Virus record (IMG/VR): IMGVR_UViG_3300004184_000006
Span: 1 to 64,000 of that record
From: a virus
Reading direction: 5' to 3' (one strand)
Length of the DNA: 64,000 nt
Positions within the stretch are counted from its first letter, which is position 1, and each line of letters begins with the position of its first letter. Shown piece by piece: positions 38,598 through 47,670 of the stretch. A program made the translations under genes and the position numbers. Below the pieces are notes generated by a model. It had not been told where the DNA came from. It saw only the letters and a program-made list of their open reading frames with translations, and did no database searches.

Positions 38598-38621
38598 AAA
38601 AAAACCGCCGTGAAGCGGTTT
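38598..38621 (-). terminator. Intrinsic terminator after antirepressor
   Basis: AAACCGC-ttcacg-GCGG-T7 on minus strand. Confidence 0.75.
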
Positions 38622-38637
38622 CTTTAGTTTGATTAAG

Positions 38638-39327
38638 CTATGCAACTGCTTCCAGCTTGGCTACGCGATAGCGTTTTTCAAAATACACCTGTCCCTTCCC
38701 TGTGATAAGTGTTTTAAAGCTTGGGTGCGATACGCCGTTATTATCAACGTGAGGCGTTTGCTCAATGGAAACCAGTAGCCCCCTGTCAATTGCGCTTTGA
38801 TACGGGCGGTTGTTTGCCATTAAGAATTTATCATTGCGTAGCAGCATGAACAGCCTATTCTGGCCTGTACCGATAACCTTGGCGAAATCACCAACTGATA
38901 CCTTGCCATCGGTATTGCGCACCGCTTCGGCAAACTCAACTTTTGGCTTGTCTGATTCTATTTTTAATTGCAGGGATTGTTTTTCGGTTTCTGATTGCAC
39001 TAATGCAGTAAGTGCTTCAAGGTAGCTTGTGGGTAGTTTTGGCTGTACGGCCTCAAGCTCTAGCCATCTATCAACTATAGCCGCCCTATATTTGACTGAA
39101 TAACCGCTAACCAGAATATCGCATTCTCTGCGCGGAAGGTTAAAACATGGTAAATCCTTGTTTTGCTTTGATTTATAAGAGCCGCGAAAAACCGCGTGTC
39201 CTATTTCAAGCTCATCAAGCATTTTGCGAATATCGACAAGAACCTTGTCATGGTCTTTTTCTGTCAGCTTAGCAATCTCTAAAGATGACATGGTTTGTGT
39301 GGCCGTGGTGCTTAGTAAATTTTGCAT
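38638..39327 (-). CDS. Rha-family N-terminus plus KilAC/ANT C-terminus antirepressor
   Basis: MSSLEIAKLTEKDHDKVLVDIR, LPTSYLEAL, KPKVEFAEAV, IGTGQNRLF, ITGKGQVY. Confidence 0.88.
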   Translation of the reverse strand: MQNLLSTTATQTMSSLEIAKLTEKDHDKVLVDIRKMLDELEIGHAVFRGSYKSKQNKDLPCFNLPRRECDILVSGYSVKYRAAIVDRWLELEAVQPKLPTSYLEALTALVQSETEKQSLQLKIESDKPKVEFAEAVRNTDGKVSVGDFAKVIGTGQNRLFMLLRNDKFLMANNRPYQSAIDRGLLVSIEQTPHVDNNGVSHPSFKTLITGKGQVYFEKRYRVAKLEAVA

Positions 39328-39338
39328 TTGATAACCTT

Positions 39339-39433
39339 TTGAACGATAGGTTGTTGAACGATAGTGGAGTACGGAGGTCCTTGTTCAAGGGATTTTCAGC
39401 CGCTAAGCCTATCCGTACAGGTTTATTGTATCA
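39339..39433 (-). promoter_or_regulatory. Extended -10 promoter and structured leader of the antirepressor
   Basis: TGaTACAAT (39433-39425); stem GTACGGA/TCCGTAC (39418-39369) with inner hairpin; two direct repeats CTATCGTTCAA before the RBS. Confidence 0.65.
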
Positions 39434-39440
39434 CTAAAGC

Positions 39441-40226
39441 TTATTTTTTGTTTCTAAATTTAGACCAATCATCTTTATCAATGGCTGTTAATGAATTTAG
39501 CTTAATTTGCACGGTTAAACTGGTAAAGTCGCCGTTCTTATCAACTGGTGACGCGGTGTCAAAGCTAACGCTCTCGATTACCATAGGGCTTATGGTCATG
39601 CCCTTATAATTCAAGGCAATCATTACAGGTGACTTAGAAGGCAACAGCACATTAATTGCATCCTCTTTGCCTTTTATGCCATCAATACCCCTGCTTAATA
39701 GCGTGGATTGGTCAGCTAGTTTTTGTGGAAGCGACCATGCCATAATTTGCGACAGTGGTGACATAACTTCCATCTTTGGATCACGCCACGCCCTAAAGAA
39801 CAGGTTTATCGGGTAATCTAAAGGCGGCATTCCACTGAAAACTTGGACGCTGTTCAGTTTTGTAATGCCCGTGCGCCCCTCAAACTGCTTAAGGAAGTCA
39901 CCTGCTTCTTTGCCAGATTTTGACTCCTTACCCTGCAATGCATCAACAACGGGTTGCAATGCCCCGCTTTGTAACATCGCCAAGAGCATGGGGGCTTTAG
40001 ATTCAGCCCCCGAACTTTCAAAAGGCGATTGCCAGTTCAAAGAAACACTTAACTGTGCGCCGTCCACTAGCGGTGCTTTTACAGTTATGTCCTCAGTCCC
40101 TTTGGGACGCTTACCATCACGATCAACCTCATAGATAGTAGCAATCAAATGAGGCGATAAGCCATCCCACAACGAACTCAGTGCTGGAGTAGTAGGCTTA
40201 TCTTGTTGACCGTTTTGAACTGGCAT
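39441..40226 (-). CDS. Baseplate / tube-initiator-like protein
   Basis: NWQSPFE, QVFSGMPP, MVIESVSF....PVD.NG motifs of gp48/gp54-like proteins. Confidence 0.55.
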   Translation of the reverse strand: MPVQNGQQDKPTTPALSSLWDGLSPHLIATIYEVDRDGKRPKGTEDITVKAPLVDGAQLSVSLNWQSPFESSGAESKAPMLLAMLQSGALQPVVDALQGKESKSGKEAGDFLKQFEGRTGITKLNSVQVFSGMPPLDYPINLFFRAWRDPKMEVMSPLSQIMAWSLPQKLADQSTLLSRGIDGIKGKEDAINVLLPSKSPVMIALNYKGMTISPMVIESVSFDTASPVDKNGDFTSLTVQIKLNSLTAIDKDDWSKFRNKK

Positions 40227-40232
40227 AAACCG

Positions 40233-40937
40233 TTATTTCAAGCCAGTTTTAACGCGCATACGCATTGACTTAGCTCGCTTCATCATCGCGCCCGCGCTAT
40301 GGCTTTTCATGCCAGCTTTGCGGATTGCCGCTTTTTGTGCGCCTGACAAATGAACAGAACCGCTGATACGCTTGTTAATGCGTACTTTTTTGCCGCCGCG
40401 AATCACTGTACGTTTTTTGTACACTGCATCAAGAATTTCATCTTCAACGCTACGCGAACCCGCCTTATCAAGAAAAGCGAATGAGTCCATATCGTCACCC
40501 GCCGCGTCGTCATCTGGCAGTTCTTCAATGAGCAAATCACGAACACGGTTAGCCGTTTCTTCGTCATCTAGTACATTAATCGCATCAGCCTCATCAACGC
40601 CGTGTAACAGCATATAATCAACTGCAAACCCAGCAACAATATCAAAAGCGTCAGCTTCGTCTTCGTCGATTTCGCCATTTTTGTTAGCATCAATAATGCC
40701 GATAAGTAATGCCTGCAATCTGTCTGCAAACGTCTCGCCTTCTGCTAACGGAACATCCGCGTCTGCCCATTGCTGGATAGCCGCCGCCGCTTTCAGCTTT
40801 AAGTCTGAAACAGCATAATCCGCTACGCCATCTAAAAATGGCTGTTCTTTTTCTTTTTTACCAGTGTCACAGCCATCCAAGATAGGCTTATCCTTTCTTA
40901 GTAGTCTGGCTCTGGCTTCTTCCGTTAAAAATCCCAT
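40233..40937 (-). CDS. Prohead core / scaffold-like protein
   Basis: Very acidic body and very basic tail (LSGAQKAAIRKA...KRAKSMRMR..TGL) reminiscent of T4 gp68. Confidence 0.6.
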   Translation of the reverse strand: MGFLTEEARARLLRKDKPILDGCDTGKKEKEQPFLDGVADYAVSDLKLKAAAAIQQWADADVPLAEGETFADRLQALLIGIIDANKNGEIDEDEADAFDIVAGFAVDYMLLHGVDEADAINVLDDEETANRVRDLLIEELPDDDAAGDDMDSFAFLDKAGSRSVEDEILDAVYKKRTVIRGGKKVRINKRISGSVHLSGAQKAAIRKAGMKSHSAGAMMKRAKSMRMRVKTGLK

Positions 40938-40940
40938 CTG

Positions 40941-42797
40941 TTACACCAATGTTTGAGTTAGGTAAATTTGTCTGGTCGTGCCGACAAAGCAGGGGTAAAT
41001 GTTTATGACAACCGCATCAACCAGTACGCCATGCGGTGCAACTTCATAGGCAAAGTAGTCAGTCGCAAATGACGGATTAGTTTCGCTTGGTTCAGTCACC
41101 CAGCCAGCGGCATATAAGTCAGCTCGCATTTGATGCAGGAACTCACCCATTTTTTTAACAACGGTATTGATGTCTTTTTGCAGAATGTCTTTACCGTAAC
41201 GGGTAATTCTTTCCTGTACATCAACCGACATATCAATGACTGAGAATAGCTTGCGCTTGCTGTTAGATACCGCCGCGCCTGTTAATGAGTCAAAGAATAC
41301 ATAACGGAATCCGCCTGTGTAAGTCTCACCAATGACAGGGTTGATATGCGCCTTTGCCAAGTCGTTTTTATCAAAGTTTGTAACCTGAACAAGTTGCGTG
41401 ATGTTTTGGTTGTACAAAGGATAATCGCGCCCTGCAATCGGGTTTTTCTTATTTTCACAGTAGCCACGCGCGTTTTTCATCGCGTTTCTACGACATGCGT
41501 AAGCAATCAGCAACGTGGCCCTACCAATGATGGTCTTGCCATTAATACCTGTTGGATCGGTCAACTTTAAAGGCGACCAATAAGCAGGCACTAAATCGGA
41601 TGATTCGTAGTTGCCACCGATGTTCAATTGCTCATAAAACGCAATAGCGGCATCTTTTGTTAAGCTACCTGAAATATCAATCGCCAGAATACGGTTTGTG
41701 TCATACGCCAACTGGACCAATTGAGCAATCAAAGCGGGGGCTTGTGAGCCGCCAGAACTGATATAGCCGTAGTTCAGGTTAGTGTTGTGCAACAAGACAC
41801 GCGCTGCCGAATAATCGGCTGTCGTGTAGCCTGTACCGCCCTCAGTGAAGCAAACCAGCACGCCAGATTTTGACCATGCAGGTTGACCGCTGACACCATA
41901 CCCGTAAGCTGGAGAGCCAACAGGAATACTGGTAATGGTTGCACCAACACTAACCTCTACCGCGTCAGTTTGCTGACTAACAACATCAGGAAGGTAAATG
42001 GAGTTTTGATAATCATCAAGTGCCGCTGGATCAAGTGAGCCAGTGAAGTCATACAGCGGGTTATTGTCTTTGTCTTTAATAACGAGACGAATAACACCGT
42101 TGGCCGCGCTTACACCGCCTACCCGTTTATCTTCGGCATGAATTTCACACTGAATGCCGTCGTTAAAGCACTCAAGATGCTTAATGGCTAAAAGATAAGG
42201 CGTTACTGGAATAGTTGTTACTGCCGACCATGCAATAGGGTTAGCAATACTAATAGTAGGGGCAACTGTATAGCCTGTGCCGCCCGCTGAAATAGTCACG
42301 CCAGTAATAACGCCAGCCGTAGCGGTAATAGTACCCACTGCGCCCGTGCCAACACCTGTAAAGGTCAGTGTTTGACCTGTCACATAGCCCGTACCACCAT
42401 TAGTGATGGTAACGGATGACTGAACAACGCCAGCAAGCACGGTTGGCGTTAGAACAGCTCCAACACCCATAGTCGCTACAGCATACTTAACGACCGCCGA
42501 ACTGGTTACTAACCGCTGAACGACTGCCTCATACGCACCTTTGTTCAAGGCCTCTATGATATGCACCCACGCTTCATTTAGCGCGGATAATCGCATAGTT
42601 TCGCCTTTGCCTAATTTCTTGTAGGCATTAGACCGATTAACAGCAAACGGTTTGTCTATGCGACCGCGTGTCAATCGACACATGATCGCAAAGTTTTGGT
42701 CATAATTATCAACCGTTGGCGTTTCTGAGCGATCTTGGAGCGGGTTGTACTGGACACCCGACTCCGCGCCTAATTGTCTAACAAATGATACTGTCAT
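40941..42797 (-). CDS. Contractile tail sheath protein
   Basis: 618 aa downstream of capsid; RGRIDKPF, PIAG.DYP, DLAKAHINPV motifs. Confidence 0.8.
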   Translation of the reverse strand: MTVSFVRQLGAESGVQYNPLQDRSETPTVDNYDQNFAIMCRLTRGRIDKPFAVNRSNAYKKLGKGETMRLSALNEAWVHIIEALNKGAYEAVVQRLVTSSAVVKYAVATMGVGAVLTPTVLAGVVQSSVTITNGGTGYVTGQTLTFTGVGTGAVGTITATAGVITGVTISAGGTGYTVAPTISIANPIAWSAVTTIPVTPYLLAIKHLECFNDGIQCEIHAEDKRVGGVSAANGVIRLVIKDKDNNPLYDFTGSLDPAALDDYQNSIYLPDVVSQQTDAVEVSVGATITSIPVGSPAYGYGVSGQPAWSKSGVLVCFTEGGTGYTTADYSAARVLLHNTNLNYGYISSGGSQAPALIAQLVQLAYDTNRILAIDISGSLTKDAAIAFYEQLNIGGNYESSDLVPAYWSPLKLTDPTGINGKTIIGRATLLIAYACRRNAMKNARGYCENKKNPIAGRDYPLYNQNITQLVQVTNFDKNDLAKAHINPVIGETYTGGFRYVFFDSLTGAAVSNSKRKLFSVIDMSVDVQERITRYGKDILQKDINTVVKKMGEFLHQMRADLYAAGWVTEPSETNPSFATDYFAYEVAPHGVLVDAVVINIYPCFVGTTRQIYLTQTLV

Positions 42798-42799
42798 TG

Positions 42800-43201
42800 T
42801 TATTTAGCCTTGGCTTTTACACCTGTTGTAACGCCGCTTTCAACTACTGGATCGACCACTGGGTCAACCACGTCTAACACAGGGGCGGCATCTTCCATTA
42901 AGCTGATTTCAATCAACGCCTCGCGTCGATTTAGCTCGGCGATTGCCTCTGCATCACTGACAAAGCGGTGTAGCTCGTCAATAGATGCAAAATTAATCAG
43001 CGTGCTTTTGCCGCTGTCGTCATAACAGGGTGTTAAATGCACACCTTTGAAAACGACAGGGAAATCAGCCAGATTCGTCACCGTAAGCGACAAAGGGAAG
43101 CTTTCTGGAGAAAATGACTTGTTGACGCTTTCACTTGCACTAATGCCAGCAAGTGCCGCAAGACCAATAATCAGAGAGATTTTTTTATATTTTGTATTCA
43201 T
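42800..43201 (-). CDS. Hypothetical structural protein
   Basis: Between capsid and sheath genes, tightly coupled. Confidence 0.55.
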   Translation of the reverse strand: MNTKYKKISLIIGLAALAGISASESVNKSFSPESFPLSLTVTNLADFPVVFKGVHLTPCYDDSGKSTLINFASIDELHRFVSDAEAIAELNRREALIEISLMEDAAPVLDVVDPVVDPVVESGVTTGVKAKAK

Positions 43202-43202
43202 G

Positions 43203-44954
43203 TTACTTCATACCTGTCAGCGTCAATTTAGCGAAAGCTAACGCGCTTTGTTTGTGTGGGTTTACACGCATGAAGTCTTTGCGGAAATAATGAACACCGC
43301 TGTCAGCATTCTTTGTTTTCCCGACTTCAATCATGATTGGCGAAACTGACTGACCAGCGACCAAACCTGAGCGAGCAACATCTTGAGATTGACCGATTAA
43401 CAGAACTTCTGCACTGGTAACTCCGCTGCTGGTAGTTTCTGGTTGATCTGGGTCATAGTAGACTTCAAACTGACCATCAAGAGTACCTAAGCGATAGATA
43501 GATGCACGCGCTCTGATACCAGACGGAACAAAACGACCACCCATAACCAGATTATTTAGCCATGCTGCAACGGTTTTGTTTACATACAAGTGAGTTACGC
43601 CCGTGACGTTAGTTCTTACCGCCATATCTTGAGACGCTACCGCCAAAGGAATGGAAATGTCCTGCATGTTTTGTCCACGAGTTTGTGCGCCCGTGTCTAA
43701 CCACAAGCCCATATCCCATGTGTACGGGTAGCTTGCTGCAATACGTCTTGCATACTGCAATGCAGATTTATGATCTTCGTTACCAAGCTGTAACTGCATT
43801 GAACCCATCAGGTTAGACATTGAGTCCAGGCCAACTTCTCGCGCTAACTGTGCGCTTGCATCGATACCAACGGTAACATTACCGCGTGTTACATTAGCTA
43901 GAAACGTGTAATCAGTAGCGATTAAATCAATTTCAGAAATCAATTCAGGCTGTCTGTTGAAGTCAATTTGACCTTCTACCAAAACAGCTACGCCCACATC
44001 AAGATTAGGTGTTGAAGTAAGCGAATACACACCTGTGTCGTTGTTGATCGTACCGCCGATTTGATAAGTAGTGCTTGCCAGCGTTACCGAACCACTGATA
44101 GTCGATGATGTGTCGGTTTTGCTAATTTCTTTAGCGACTGGAATACCGCCAACATAAACAACCGCCTGACCTTTAACCAGCTTTGCCGCAGTCGCGCCAT
44201 TGGCTACTGTTTCGCATGTTTCGCTGGTTAATTGCACGCTGGTAATTTGACCAGCATGAGTACCTACGCCTAACGCTACAGTGTTTGCCGCTGTTGAAAT
44301 TCTGTTGCTTTTGAAAAAGCGTTTACCAGAATGTACGCCATCCATGTTTTCATTGGCTGCATAACCACCGTTTTTTAGGTGCGATTGATGCTCAACGATG
44401 ATTAACTTACCTTCACCCGATTGAATATCAGTAGGAACCTGCATAATCCAAGGAATAGCGCATGTAAATGTGTTTTGCAATGAAACGATTGCGCGATTAA
44501 TCTGCAATGAGCCGTTGTCTGGCGATACGTTGGTCGCGCTGTCCAAGAAGCTGTCAGTAAATCCCGTTGCAATTTGAACCTTGCGCTGACCTTCGTGTGT
44601 AAACTGATATGCAACATCGACCGCTTGAGCGATTAAGTCAGGAGAAGGCTCTTGACCGTGTGCATCTTCATAACGAGTGATTGAGTCCAGCAACGCCGTA
44701 GTTAAGCGCAACCGATCACCAGGATCCAGTTCTTCGTAAAGTTTTGATAGCTTTTCAGGCATGACGATAGAGCCGTGACCAGCAATAGACTCATTGATTG
44801 CTGTGTTCGCGGTCTCTACGCTGTCTAAAAAGTCGCCTGTGTTGTTTACCTCGCCTAATTTTGAGGTATCACGCAAAGAAGAATAAAAGGCAACCGCCCC
44901 AGTCTTCATGCTTTCAAGATTAGTTTTTCGCGGGGCTTTAATATGTTTACCCAT
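43203..44954 (-). CDS. Major capsid protein (P1 gp23-like)
   Basis: 583 aa, first gene after late promoter 7; IYRLGTLDG.FEVYYDP motif; probable cleaved N-terminal extension. Confidence 0.8.
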   Translation of the reverse strand: MGKHIKAPRKTNLESMKTGAVAFYSSLRDTSKLGEVNNTGDFLDSVETANTAINESIAGHGSIVMPEKLSKLYEELDPGDRLRLTTALLDSITRYEDAHGQEPSPDLIAQAVDVAYQFTHEGQRKVQIATGFTDSFLDSATNVSPDNGSLQINRAIVSLQNTFTCAIPWIMQVPTDIQSGEGKLIIVEHQSHLKNGGYAANENMDGVHSGKRFFKSNRISTAANTVALGVGTHAGQITSVQLTSETCETVANGATAAKLVKGQAVVYVGGIPVAKEISKTDTSSTISGSVTLASTTYQIGGTINNDTGVYSLTSTPNLDVGVAVLVEGQIDFNRQPELISEIDLIATDYTFLANVTRGNVTVGIDASAQLAREVGLDSMSNLMGSMQLQLGNEDHKSALQYARRIAASYPYTWDMGLWLDTGAQTRGQNMQDISIPLAVASQDMAVRTNVTGVTHLYVNKTVAAWLNNLVMGGRFVPSGIRARASIYRLGTLDGQFEVYYDPDQPETTSSGVTSAEVLLIGQSQDVARSGLVAGQSVSPIMIEVGKTKNADSGVHYFRKDFMRVNPHKQSALAFAKLTLTGMK

Positions 44955-44957
44955 TTT

Positions 44958-45044
44958 ATTTACCTGTGTGTGTGAAAATTTGAGGCCCTTTGTGGGCTAG
45001 GTAAATTATGAGCGGGTGGTATACGGGCAAAATGCGGGTTTTTC
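44958..45044 (-). promoter_or_regulatory. Putative late promoter 7 (capsid-sheath operon) with hairpin
   Basis: GAAAAACCC (45044-45036)-N25-CATAAT (45010-45005); ATTTACCT pairs with SD-containing AGGTAAAT (44965-44958). Confidence 0.85.
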
Positions 45045-45059
45045 TTTTTCGATGGGCAT

Positions 45060-45087
45060 AAAAAAGCCCGTGCTGTGACGGGCTTTT
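45060..45087 (-). terminator. Intrinsic terminator ending the terminase operon
   Basis: GCCCGT...ACGGGC stem with T6 on minus strand. Confidence 0.8.
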
Positions 45088-45152
45088 GTTTCTTTATCTC
45101 ACGGCTTGTATTCAAGCCGTTAGATTAGGCGGCAATGTCTTTGTCAATAATA

Positions 45153-45542
45153 TCAAATATAAAAAGCAAGTGACTCAAGCACTGACCACACGCCGATACC
45201 TGCTAAGCACGCCAACCCTATTATGAATGAGGCTACCTGAACGCCATATAGAAGCGTAGGGCTTTTGATTTTAACTCCAGTTGGCTTGATAACCTCGCTC
45301 TCAATAGTAATTCTGCTTATGTTTACCGAGGCCCATGTTGACAATATGCTGATAAAAAACAGCACAATGCCCGTTATGTAAGCGATTGCCAGTTGATAGC
45401 AGTCAATGCCGCCGTCCTTGGCCAGTATGAGTAGCATGGCCAAGCCCGCCATTGATAAGTTCATGATGCACTTATCTTGCTCAATATTTATTTTGTGCCA
45501 CGCCAAGCACCCCGCGTGATGTAGTGATGTTTCTCTGTCCAA
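45153..45542 (-). CDS. Membrane protein, three hydrophobic segments
   Basis: Hydrophobicity pattern; follows terL. Confidence 0.55.
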   Translation of the reverse strand: MDRETSLHHAGCLAWHKINIEQDKCIMNLSMAGLAMLLILAKDGGIDCYQLAIAYITGIVLFFISILSTWASVNISRITIESEVIKPTGVKIKSPTLLYGVQVASFIIGLACLAGIGVWSVLESLAFYI

Positions 45543-45559
45543 TGTAAAACTCCAATTAG

Positions 45560-47068
45560 TTATGCGACATCGGCAAACAAGTCACCGACCTTTGTCATTA
45601 ATGACTCGACCTGTGATCCTTTCCCGCTTACTTCGCTTTGTATATATGCAACGCCCTCAAGAAAAAGTTGTGCTATCGCATCCCAACTATCAGGACTAGA
45701 TAGTCCCTGCCTTCTCATTTCTTCTTTACTTTCTATTCTGTACCTAGCCCTTTCATCAAAATGATACGGGATGCGTGACGCTTGGTCTAAAATCTCTTTG
45801 CGACACGGCACATCTGCGGCAATGCCTAAACGCCCCTCTTTAGCCGCCCGTGAAGCGCAAACAATAGCTTGACTTCTTAAGTTAAAAAAACGCTCTCTAT
45901 TGTTATTCTGAAAACACGGCTTACCCCAATAAACCCGCTTAATATCTGGTAGCCCAAGTGTCTCTAATTGCTGACAAACAGCAACCCCCATGCCGCCAGC
46001 ATCAACGATAGTGGTGCAATTTTCTAATTCAGCGGTTGCCCTAAAAATATCTCCCGTTAAATCCTGAATGTTTCGCGTGTTTGACCATATCGGCACTGAA
46101 ATAATCTGTACACGCCGTGCATCCGAGCCTGTATCACCATAACCAGACACTAACGCGACAATCGCTACCGATTTATCACGGTATTCACCCGCCCCAACGT
46201 CCACCGACATAATCACGCCGTAAGCATCCGATTCACGCATGACGTTACGCCCAAAACACGCCTCAATCTCTTTTCTGCCTAACAGGTTGCCATCTGTTTT
46301 ATCGGGGAACTGCCCTAATACCTTAATGGTGTACTCAATTTCAGTATATTCGAGCTTCTTTTCACGGCAAAAATCCAAAGATACCCGTGGGGATTCCTCT
46401 GAACTCATCACAAAGGTATTCCATGCCCCACCCTCTTTTTTACTTAATGAGTGATGGGTATCGTAAAAATACCCGCTTGATTTAGTTGGCTGACTGGTTA
46501 ATAACATACGGTTTCGTTTATCAGTCAACGCGCCCGTTAGCACCTTATAATGCTCATCTGGAATACCCGATGCTTCATCTGCAATAAGTAAATACCAATC
46601 CCTGTGTTGCCCTGCTAAATTCTCACTGCTACCACGCGGCGCGGTCTTAGCAAAGATGAACCATGTTGCCTTGAATCCAATAACATAAACTCGTTCTGCT
46701 TCAATAACAAAATACTGACATACCCACGCATGGGGAGTTTTTTCAACGTGGTTCTTAATGTCGTTTATTTCTTTCCAAGCAATATTGCGCACCTGTTCTA
46801 TTTTAGGTGCTGTTAGCATGGTATTTGAACCGTGATAGCACAATAAATGCCATAACGCCGCAACCGCTATTAATCTGGATTTACCTATACCATGCCCTGA
46901 ACTAACCGAAGTACGAGAGCCAACAGGGACTACAGAATTATTCAAATCATATTGTTGCGGCGTAGGTATTGTTCCGCATACTTCAATTGAAAAGGCGTTT
47001 AGGTTATTAGCATACCTTTTTACAAATTCAATATAACGAATATCACTAAGGATTGTTTTTACTGCCAT
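45560..47068 (-). CDS. Terminase large subunit (P1 PacB-like)
   Basis: SGHGIGKS, LLIADEASG, SVDVGAG, SPDSWDA. Confidence 0.92.
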   Translation of the reverse strand: MAVKTILSDIRYIEFVKRYANNLNAFSIEVCGTIPTPQQYDLNNSVVPVGSRTSVSSGHGIGKSRLIAVAALWHLLCYHGSNTMLTAPKIEQVRNIAWKEINDIKNHVEKTPHAWVCQYFVIEAERVYVIGFKATWFIFAKTAPRGSSENLAGQHRDWYLLIADEASGIPDEHYKVLTGALTDKRNRMLLTSQPTKSSGYFYDTHHSLSKKEGGAWNTFVMSSEESPRVSLDFCREKKLEYTEIEYTIKVLGQFPDKTDGNLLGRKEIEACFGRNVMRESDAYGVIMSVDVGAGEYRDKSVAIVALVSGYGDTGSDARRVQIISVPIWSNTRNIQDLTGDIFRATAELENCTTIVDAGGMGVAVCQQLETLGLPDIKRVYWGKPCFQNNNRERFFNLRSQAIVCASRAAKEGRLGIAADVPCRKEILDQASRIPYHFDERARYRIESKEEMRRQGLSSPDSWDAIAQLFLEGVAYIQSEVSGKGSQVESLMTKVGDLFADVA

Positions 47069-47070
47069 AT

Positions 47071-47670
47071 TTAATTAATCCATTCACCACTTTTTAATTG
47101 CGCCAATCGCTCAGGTAATTCATCGCGTTGTTGTTGTATTTTTTCAAGCCCTTCTTGTAGTATTAAATCCAATTCATCTAGCGAAACAACCATATCAACA
47201 TCTCCCGATACCTCAACAGTTTGCGCTGGTCTTCCAAAGCCGCGATCCAGTAATTCTTTACCTGCTTGTATTCTTTCGCTTATGCGTGGAGGCTCATCTG
47301 ATTCTACTGTGCAATTTAAAACTGACACGAAAAAATCTATAACATCATCACCATATTGCGCGGCATACTCTTTCATTGAACGCGTTAGCTTGTTGGGAGA
47401 ACCAGCAGGTCTACCCATACTCACAGGTACTATTTTTTTTGGATTTCCGCTAATTGACTCCTTATTATCCCCTGTGCGTTCGTGTGCGTTTTTCGCTGGT
47501 TCTGTGCGTTTTTTTTCGCTTTTCTTTACCCATCCTTCTTTAGTTGAACGGCGAGATACGGTAGTATGGGAAACGCCTAAAAACCTTCCTATCGATACAT
47601 AATCTTCCTTGCTAGACCCCTCCCATTTTTCCCTTGCTTTTGCCCACTCATCGCTTGATAATTTTGCCAT
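47071..47670 (-). CDS. Terminase small subunit
   Basis: N-terminal HTH (LGVSHTTVSRR..KEGW), GRPAGSPNK, ELLDRGFGRPAQ; precedes terL. Confidence 0.8.
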   Translation of the reverse strand: MAKLSSDEWAKAREKWEGSSKEDYVSIGRFLGVSHTTVSRRSTKEGWVKKSEKKRTEPAKNAHERTGDNKESISGNPKKIVPVSMGRPAGSPNKLTRSMKEYAAQYGDDVIDFFVSVLNCTVESDEPPRISERIQAGKELLDRGFGRPAQTVEVSGDVDMVVSLDELDLILQEGLEKIQQQRDELPERLAQLKSGEWIN

